Origin: Candidatus Omnitrophota bacterium
Lineage (GTDB): Bacteria; Omnitrophota; Gorgyraeia; Duberdicusellales; 4484-171
Reading direction: 5' to 3'
Length of the DNA stretch: 64,000 bases
Assembly: GCA_043820815.1 (NCBI GenBank)
Contig: JBDRDJ010000031.1
Coordinates: 36,015 to 100,014, forward strand
Position 1 is the stretch's first letter. Every line of letters starts with the position of its first letter. The notes beneath the pieces are model-generated. The model made no database searches, was not told where the DNA came from, and saw nothing but the letters and a program-made list of their open reading frames with translations. Made by a program: the position numbers and the translations under genes. Shown one piece after another: positions 8,965-15,723 of the stretch.

Positions 8965-9957
8965 TTATATATTATAAATATGTGGCTTGTACTTATTTAA
9001 ATTTTTCTTAAACCATTTACAGGTTAATTCAATACCTTTTTCAAGTGTTACTTTGGGCTGCCAGCCGCAAACATTCTTAAGTGCCCCGGAATCACAAACC
9101 AAGCGCTTGACCTCACTTTTTTCCGGCCGGATACGCTTTTTATCCTTAGCTATCCTCACTTTTTTACCAAGAACATTCCCAATAATACTTACTATTTCTT
9201 TAATAGATGCTTCCCGGCCGCTTCCGACATTATAGATATTACCGTGTGTATTTTTGGCCTCAGAAAGCAAGATAAAAGCATCAACCAGATTAGCTACATA
9301 ATTAAAATCCCTTGTTGTTTCTAAATTACCTAATTTTATAATTGATTTTCCTGATAATACCTGAGAAATAATTGTAGGTATTACTGCTCTGGCTGACTGC
9401 CTCGGGCCAAACGTATTAAATGGCCGCATTATTGTTAAAGGCAGGTTAAAAGACTTATTAAAAGAAAGCGCAAGATAATCCGCAGATGCTTTAGTCGCTG
9501 CGTAAGGCGACTGGGGATTTACAGGATGTTTTTCATCAATAGGAACGTATTGGGCTGTCCCAAATACCTCACTCGTTGAGGTATGAATTATCATATTTGT
9601 TTTAAATCTTCTTGCCGCTTGCAGTATGTTCAAAGCCCCTCTTATGTTGGTATCTATATAGGCGTCCTGGGATACGTAACTATACGGTATGCCTATTAGG
9701 GCAGCCAGATGAAAAACAGTATCTATTTGTTTCATAGCGTTATTTACGCTGTTAGGATCTCTTACATCTCCTAAAAATATTTCTATTCTTTTTAAATTAT
9801 CTCTGGATAACTCCTCAAGCCAGCCCCATGAATTAAAAGAATTATATAATACAAAAGCTTTTACTTTTGCACCTTTTCTTAACAGCCCTTCTACGAGATG
9901 ACTGCCTATAAACCCTTCTGAACCGGTAACTAATACTCTTTTATTTCTAAAATTCAT
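8965..9957 (-). CDS. Extended SDR, NDP-hexose 4,6-dehydratase/epimerase-like
   Basis: 330 aa with VLVTGSEGFIGSHL, STSEVFG and YAATKASADY (catalytic S/T-Y-K). Confidence 0.8.
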   Translation of the reverse strand: MNFRNKRVLVTGSEGFIGSHLVEGLLRKGAKVKAFVLYNSFNSWGWLEELSRDNLKRIEIFLGDVRDPNSVNNAMKQIDTVFHLAALIGIPYSYVSQDAYIDTNIRGALNILQAARRFKTNMIIHTSTSEVFGTAQYVPIDEKHPVNPQSPYAATKASADYLALSFNKSFNLPLTIMRPFNTFGPRQSARAVIPTIISQVLSGKSIIKLGNLETTRDFNYVANLVDAFILLSEAKNTHGNIYNVGSGREASIKEIVSIIGNVLGKKVRIAKDKKRIRPEKSEVKRLVCDSGALKNVCGWQPKVTLEKGIELTCKWFKKNLNKYKPHIYNI

Positions 9958-11783
9958 CCCGTCACCTTCCTATTTCTCTCTCTTAATTGGCGAGAGTAAG
10001 CCATTGTTGCTCCAAATAAACTCCAGAAGAAAACAGCCGAATAAGGCATCCCAAAAGTCACATAAAATAACGCAACTGTAAGCCAGTAAACAATAATGCT
10101 GACCAAAGATATTCCTGTAAATGATTTCTCCTTTATGAAAACCTTTACCATTCTAAATAAAACTGCAAACAGATTTATAATCAAAATTATCCCGATAATT
10201 CCTGTCCTGTAAATTACCTCAAGATATGAATTGTGAGCGGCAATCCATCCATCCCTGGTCCATTCACCGTAAGCCATTCTCATAATTTCAACACTTTCCG
10301 AACGAAGAGGCTTTCCAAAACTAAAACCAAATACCGCTTTCTCCTTTATCAGCTCCCTTATCATATCTCTCCAGGTAAATAACCGAAAAACTGTTGTGTT
10401 ATGCCGTTGGCCTAAACCTAAATCTATTCTAACTTCTTCGGCTTCGGCCGAAAGTTCCGGTTCTACTACAGGAGGAATAACAACTTGAGCAGTTTGAAAC
10501 TCTTTCTTAATCTCTTGCTTCTGAATAAAATTAACTATCTGCTCTCTTAATACCTTATCTTCGGGCAGAGCAACAATAAAATTACTTTCCTTATCCGGAA
10601 TCTTATAATCAATAGCCATTTCTTCCGGGGTTAAAAGAACCTCTTTATTAAAAGAGCTTTTATGCTGATTTAATATGACAGGTTCTACCTCTTTGGGTTC
10701 TACCTCTTTGGGTTCTACCTTATCGATAATACCTTTTTTAGCTATGATATACTCTATTATTTTTTCTCTTCGACTTAAATCGCTGGGTAATTTTATTAAT
10801 ATCTCTGAGGTTTCAATGTTTCTCAGAGCCCTTGCGGCTTCTTTTTCTCTGTTCTCATTCCATTCTTGCATTGTTTCTTTAGCAAACCGCATAACGCGGG
10901 GTAGTTCGGGTAAGTTTTCTTTACTTTCAGGGTTATAAAGCCTGACAGGAATGTCCATTTTCTTGTAATCTGCTCTCCTTTGCTCTATTAGCTTATCCCA
11001 ATCCTTTATAGATGACATCAATGTCTTGGGGGTCGTTAGAGATTGAATACTACTGTTATCTTTAAATCTAATCAGAACCGTAACAGAAATTAGTAAGCAT
11101 ATGCCAATTATAGCCGCCTTGTATCTATTTTTTAACTTTAAAATCAGAAGTGCAAGAAAAAGCAAAGACCCAAAACCAGCTACATGGCCGATTATCTGAG
11201 TCCGAGGACAATCTACAAGCAAAAATGGTTTAAAAAATATACACAAAATTATAAACCCTGAAATCTTAATAATCTTGCTTCTGCCGATAACTAAAAATAA
11301 AACCATTAGTATCAGATAGGTAAAATTATAATACGTGCCTATACCAAATAAAGCCAAAGCAAAGAATAGAAATAGTAGCATATTTACATTTACAAATTTA
11401 CTTTTATATACATCGTATGCAATTAAAGCAAATAAAGGATAATAAAACATTGCCGAATGCCTTAAGGCAAACGGCCCAAATTGGCTATACCCCCATAAAG
11501 CTTTTATCAAAATAAACAACAAATACGGAATCAGCAGCGCATACGCTTTGGTAAACTTTTTATTAATCAACCGCCATTTAAAAATAGTTAAAACAACGCA
11601 AATAAATAAAGAAATCTCACCGATAAAAACGGGAAAATTTAAGAATCCCGGCTCAATACGTATCTCGGAAAAGCTTTTATAATATGTCGAGTACCCTAAA
11701 AAAAGAAACCCTAAGATAGAAAGAATAAAAAAATCTATTTTATCTGCCTGGGATTCAATACCGAATTTCTTAAATAAATTCAT
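9954..11783 (-). CDS. Wzy_C-family membrane protein (O-antigen ligase / polymerase / O-oligosaccharyltransferase type) with a long charged insert
   Basis: 609 aa. It has multiple N-terminal TM helices, a KE-rich hydrophilic region of ~260 aa, then AHNSYLEVIYRTGIIGIILI (Wzy_C-like HN..L....G motif) and terminal TM helices. Confidence 0.65.
   Translation of the reverse strand: MNLFKKFGIESQADKIDFFILSILGFLFLGYSTYYKSFSEIRIEPGFLNFPVFIGEISLFICVVLTIFKWRLINKKFTKAYALLIPYLLFILIKALWGYSQFGPFALRHSAMFYYPLFALIAYDVYKSKFVNVNMLLFLFFALALFGIGTYYNFTYLILMVLFLVIGRSKIIKISGFIILCIFFKPFLLVDCPRTQIIGHVAGFGSLLFLALLILKLKNRYKAAIIGICLLISVTVLIRFKDNSSIQSLTTPKTLMSSIKDWDKLIEQRRADYKKMDIPVRLYNPESKENLPELPRVMRFAKETMQEWNENREKEAARALRNIETSEILIKLPSDLSRREKIIEYIIAKKGIIDKVEPKEVEPKEVEPVILNQHKSSFNKEVLLTPEEMAIDYKIPDKESNFIVALPEDKVLREQIVNFIQKQEIKKEFQTAQVVIPPVVEPELSAEAEEVRIDLGLGQRHNTTVFRLFTWRDMIRELIKEKAVFGFSFGKPLRSESVEIMRMAYGEWTRDGWIAAHNSYLEVIYRTGIIGIILIINLFAVLFRMVKVFIKEKSFTGISLVSIIVYWLTVALFYVTFGMPYSAVFFWSLFGATMAYSRQLRERNRKVTG
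10681..10721 (-). repeat. 15-bp in-frame tandem repeat, 2.7 copies, encoding EPKEV units
   Basis: Plus strand reads ggttctacctctttg ggttctacctctttg ggttctacctt. The protein reads KVEPKEVEPKEVEP. Confidence 0.95.
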
Positions 11784-11831
11784 AAAAACTCTTAGTTTTC
11801 TTCATGCTATTCCTTGTGTTACTGTTAATGA

Positions 11832-12857
11832 TTATGAAAACATTGCTTTTACGGCTTTTCTGTAAAACTTAGCCTCAAATATTGACAACGGGTAATTGCA
11901 AAAATTCTTTGTCAGCTGCTTCAATGAATAGCTTAAATTTGTTTTTGTAAGCTGTGGTATATAAAAAAGCACCATTTTAGATTGCAGTTTCCTGGTGATT
12001 ATAGCCTTCTCATTACTTTGTGAATACTTTTCAAAAAAGCAACCGAAAGCATCGATTACCCTTAGGCCATCCTCTTTTGAGCCCTGAGGCTTATACTGAA
12101 ACATACGAATCAAAACTCTAAGTTCGCTATCGCAAACTTCGGGAAAATAATACTTTATATTGGAAGAGATTATTTTTTCGGATTCTGAATCAATTACGCC
12201 TCTAAATTCTTTTGTCTGCTGATTAAGATACATGCGGCGCTTAAGCAAAAACTTGCCCATGTTAGCTATTTTATATTTTCTTACAATTCGCACCCATAGT
12301 TCATAATCCTGAAGGCGGTAATTTTCATCATAAAGCCCCACGTCATATAAAACATCTTTTCTCATAAGAACTGTCGGGTGCGAAACACAATAATAACTTA
12401 ACTCTCCGGGGCTTACCATATAACATTTAATTTCTATTGGGTCCGTGGGCATTCTAAAATATTTAAGGTGCCTTCCGCGGGCATCAATTTCTTTATGCCA
12501 TGAACCAACCACAGCTACAGAAGGATTACTGTTTAAATATTCATATTGCAGTGCTAAACGCTGTAGCAATGATATATCATCGGCATCCATCCTGGCAATA
12601 AGCTCAGCCCGGGAATTTCTTATTCCTATATTTAGCGCTTTGGTCTGGCCGAGATTCTCTTTGTTTTCAATTAGACTTATCCTATCATCTTTATAAGAGC
12701 GGATAATATCTTTTGTCTTATCGGTGCTATTATTATCAACAATAATAAATTCAAAATCAGAGAATGTCTGGTTTAATATGCTCTCAATTGCCTCGGCAAG
12801 AAACCTCTCGCCGTTGTAAACCGTCATAACCACGCTGATTTTGGGATTTGTATTCAT
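11832..12857 (-). CDS. GT2-family glycosyltransferase
   Basis: 341 aa. ISVVMTVYNGERFLAEAIESILNQTFSDFEFIIVDNNSTD plus RMDADD (DxD). Confidence 0.85.
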   Translation of the reverse strand: MNTNPKISVVMTVYNGERFLAEAIESILNQTFSDFEFIIVDNNSTDKTKDIIRSYKDDRISLIENKENLGQTKALNIGIRNSRAELIARMDADDISLLQRLALQYEYLNSNPSVAVVGSWHKEIDARGRHLKYFRMPTDPIEIKCYMVSPGELSYYCVSHPTVLMRKDVLYDVGLYDENYRLQDYELWVRIVRKYKIANMGKFLLKRRMYLNQQTKEFRGVIDSESEKIISSNIKYYFPEVCDSELRVLIRMFQYKPQGSKEDGLRVIDAFGCFFEKYSQSNEKAIITRKLQSKMVLFYIPQLTKTNLSYSLKQLTKNFCNYPLSIFEAKFYRKAVKAMFS

Positions 12858-12870
12858 TGGATTTAGTATC

Positions 12871-12902
12871 GGGTCGACACATCGGTCGACCCCTACAATA
12901 TT
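12871..12902 (-). repeat. REP-like element copy 1 (GTAG head plus perfect 8-bp stem hairpin)
   Basis: Minus strand reads AATATTGTAGGGGTCGACCGATGTGTCGACCC, starting 2 nt after the stop of 12903-13814. It is GC-rich in an AT-rich context. Confidence 0.8.
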
Positions 12903-13814
12903 TTAAACGTTGATGTATTCGGTCTTTTCCTTTATGTCATATTTGATAGAATTTAGAGCCTCGGTTAAATTGCTTAGTCTTGTTGTAAATATTCTTTTAA
13001 ATTTATCGGTGTTTAAATTTACACGCATCGGCCTTATCATATCAGCCTCCTCAGGCTCTATCTTAGGCTTGATAGAAGACGAATCCCAGCCTAAAACATG
13101 GCAAGCTTTAAGCATCCACTCATAGCGGTTTAGAAAACTTTCTCCGGTAATATGAAATATTCCCGATGATTCAAACTCAGCCAGCTCAACCAATGCCGAA
13201 GCTAAGTCCTTTACGTAAGTTGGATTTCCCCATCTAAACACCGGGGCTTCAATTTGTTTCTTTTTGATAATTGAGAAAAATAAATTCATAAGGGCATTTG
13301 GCGTTTTTGTATCCGGATCCCAGCCAAAAACAGACATTGTCCTTGCTATTGCATAATTTTTCATATTGTTAATAACCCATTTTTCGCTCATTGCCTTGTG
13401 TTTGCCGTAAATATTTAAGGGGCTGTGCAGGTCATCTTCAGAGTATTCTACCTTTTTGCCGTCAAACACACACTCACTCGATATAAAAATAAACCTCGAT
13501 TTATGGCGCAGGCACTCAGCTCCTAAATTGATTGTGCCGTTAAAATGAAATTTCTTTGCCATTTCGGGATTCTTCTGGCAGAAATCAACTCCTCCCGCTA
13601 AATTCGCACAGTGAATTACATGGGTGGGATGTGTTTTAAGAAAAACCTTTCTAACTTCTCGCTGGTTAGTAATATCTAATTTAAGCAATCCGTTTGAAGG
13701 CTTTGGATAAGTTGTCCCCTGCCAGACAGAATCACCACCAAGAGCATCAGAAACTGCTCTTCCGATTAATCCAGTTGCCCCTATTATTAAATATTTTTTT
13801 AATTTTTTATCCAT
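12903..13814 (-). CDS. RmlD-like NDP-4-keto-6-deoxyhexose reductase (SDR)
   Basis: 303 aa with YLIIGATGLIGRAV, SSECVFDG and YGKHKAMSE, as in the dTDP-4-dehydrorhamnose reductase family. Confidence 0.75.
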   Translation of the reverse strand: MDKKLKKYLIIGATGLIGRAVSDALGGDSVWQGTTYPKPSNGLLKLDITNQREVRKVFLKTHPTHVIHCANLAGGVDFCQKNPEMAKKFHFNGTINLGAECLRHKSRFIFISSECVFDGKKVEYSEDDLHSPLNIYGKHKAMSEKWVINNMKNYAIARTMSVFGWDPDTKTPNALMNLFFSIIKKKQIEAPVFRWGNPTYVKDLASALVELAEFESSGIFHITGESFLNRYEWMLKACHVLGWDSSSIKPKIEPEEADMIRPMRVNLNTDKFKRIFTTRLSNLTEALNSIKYDIKEKTEYINV

Positions 13815-13842
13815 GTTAAATATAAACCAATATCTGCATTCT

Positions 13843-13890
13843 CATTGCAAATATTAGATAATATATGCGTTGGCAATGCAAATATTATAT
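13843..13890 (-). promoter_or_regulatory. Two 17-bp direct repeats (15/17 identical) with 31-bp periodicity in an 80-bp intergenic gap
   Basis: Minus strand reads ATATAATATTTGCATTG (13890-13874) and ATCTAATATTTGCAATG (13859-13843). They lie between the rfbG stop and the next start. Only weak sigma70-like hexamers are present. Confidence 0.4.
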
Positions 13891-13894
13891 ATGG

Positions 13895-14896
13895 TTATAT
13901 TTTTACCGTCTGTATGCTGGATTTTGCATACCATTGAAACGTTTTCCTAACCCCTTCTTCCAGCGAATGTTGTGGCTTCCATCCCAACACAGACCTTGCT
14001 TTCTTAGAGCAAAGGTATTGTTTTTTTATCTCATGGTTCGCTTTATTTAATATTAAGGGTTTGGGAACCTTATTTCCGCTCACTCTTACAATCTTGTTAA
14101 AAAACCCTAAAACAGTATAGGGTTTTTCGTCGCTTAGGTTAAATGCCTCGCCAAAAAGATTCAGCTTCTTTGCTTTCTCGGCTATAAGCAGATAGCCATT
14201 TACAATATCTTCAACGTAAACATAATCCCTTATAAACTTTCCGTCACTTCTTATGGTAAAGCGCTTTTTCTTCAGGATGCTCACCACGGCATCAGGGATT
14301 AACCTTGAGAAATTTAAATCGCCGCCTCCGTAAATATTTCCGCATCTGGTCACGCACACAGGAAGCTGATACGTATTATAATAGGTAAAAGCTAAGAGGT
14401 CTGTGCAGCTTTTCGAAACATCATATGGATGATTTCCTTTTAAGGGTGCCTCTTCAGTATAAGGGAGCTTTTTATGCGGCCCGTATGCCTTATCGCTCGA
14501 TGCAATAATCACAGATTCGATAAACTTACTCTTCCTTGCCGCCTCAAGAACATTCCATGTGCCTTTGATATTAGATTCAAAAGCTAAAAGGGGACTTCGA
14601 TTGGCATTTCCAACAATTGCCTCAGCCGCTAAGTGAAACACAACTTGAGGCTTATATTTAGCAAATACCCGTTTGATTAAAGATAAATCACAAATATCGC
14701 CTTTTATACCGGTTATTGAACTGCGTACGCCTCCTAAAATCGAATCCTTACGCCCTTTAACCTTATCAACACCTACAACCTTGGCACCCTTCTCAACGAG
14801 CGCCTTTGCCAGCCATGAGCCGAGGAATCCTTCGTGGCCGGTGATTAGGATACGCTTGTGATTCCAGAACCTGCTTTTTCGGTGTTCGGGTTTCAT
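13895..14896 (-). CDS. rfbG: CDP-glucose 4,6-dehydratase
   Basis: 333 aa. FWNHKRILITGHEGFLGSWLAKAL is the typical RfbG N-terminus, and the gene lies directly downstream of rfbF. Confidence 0.8.
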   Translation of the reverse strand: MKPEHRKSRFWNHKRILITGHEGFLGSWLAKALVEKGAKVVGVDKVKGRKDSILGGVRSSITGIKGDICDLSLIKRVFAKYKPQVVFHLAAEAIVGNANRSPLLAFESNIKGTWNVLEAARKSKFIESVIIASSDKAYGPHKKLPYTEEAPLKGNHPYDVSKSCTDLLAFTYYNTYQLPVCVTRCGNIYGGGDLNFSRLIPDAVVSILKKKRFTIRSDGKFIRDYVYVEDIVNGYLLIAEKAKKLNLFGEAFNLSDEKPYTVLGFFNKIVRVSGNKVPKPLILNKANHEIKKQYLCSKKARSVLGWKPQHSLEEGVRKTFQWYAKSSIQTVKI

Positions 14897-14908
14897 TTTC
14901 TTGTTGTT

Positions 14909-14928
14909 GGTCGCGACCGACCCCTACA
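14909..14928 (-). repeat. REP-like element copy 2 (short variant)
   Basis: Minus strand reads TGTAGGGGTCGGTCGCGACC, immediately after the rfbF stop codon. It contains the 10-bp palindrome GGTCGCGACC. Confidence 0.65.
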
Positions 14929-15723
14929 TTACCATATTTTCCAAGGGGCGTTGCCTTTTGCCCAGAGGTCATTCAACAAATCCAGTTCGCGCTGGGTGTC
15001 CATGCATTGCCAGAAACCTTCGTGTTTGAAAACCGAAAGTTCGCCGTCTGACGCAAGCTTCTCAAGAGGCTCTGATTCTAAAGAGCAATCTTTGAAATCT
15101 GTAAGGTAGTTAAAGATGCCCTTGCTAAAAACGAAAAACCCTCCGTTTATTGAGCCTTTGGTTGTGCGGGATTTCTCATTAAACGAGATTACCTTATCAC
15201 CTTTGGCAATAAGCTCGCCAAACCGAGACGAAGGATGAACTCCCGTTACGCTTCCTATTCTTTTTTGCAGTTTATGAAACTCGAGCAGATTATTTATATT
15301 AATATCGGAGGCGCCGTCGCCGTAGGTAACCATGAAATTGTCTTCCTTAATATAGCGTTCTATTTTCTTAATCCTGGCTCCAGTTTGGGTATTTTCGCCT
15401 GTATCAACGAGCGTAACTTTCCAGCCATCCTCGGAATGGTTGGAATGATATTCTATTTTATTCTTTTTACCCAAATGAAGGGTAAAATCATTGTTCATTG
15501 CCTCATAATTTAGGAAATATTCTTTGATTCTTTCGCCTTTGTAACCCAAACAAAGAATAAAATCCTTAAATCCGTAATGAGCATAAATTTTCATTATATG
15601 CCAGAGCACCGGCCTGCCGCCAATTTCAACCATTGGTTTTGGTTTAAATTCTGTTTCTCCCCTTAAACGCGTGCCTCTACCGCCGCATAGAATTACAACC
15701 TTAAAATTGTTTGTTTTCATCAT
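14929..15723 (-). CDS. rfbF: Glucose-1-phosphate cytidylyltransferase
   Basis: 264 aa. VVILCGGRGTRLRGETEFKPKPMVEIGGRPVLWHIMKIYAHYGFKDFILCLGYKGE is a near-textbook RfbF sequence. Confidence 0.9.
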   Translation of the reverse strand: MMKTNNFKVVILCGGRGTRLRGETEFKPKPMVEIGGRPVLWHIMKIYAHYGFKDFILCLGYKGERIKEYFLNYEAMNNDFTLHLGKKNKIEYHSNHSEDGWKVTLVDTGENTQTGARIKKIERYIKEDNFMVTYGDGASDININNLLEFHKLQKRIGSVTGVHPSSRFGELIAKGDKVISFNEKSRTTKGSINGGFFVFSKGIFNYLTDFKDCSLESEPLEKLASDGELSVFKHEGFWQCMDTQRELDLLNDLWAKGNAPWKIW

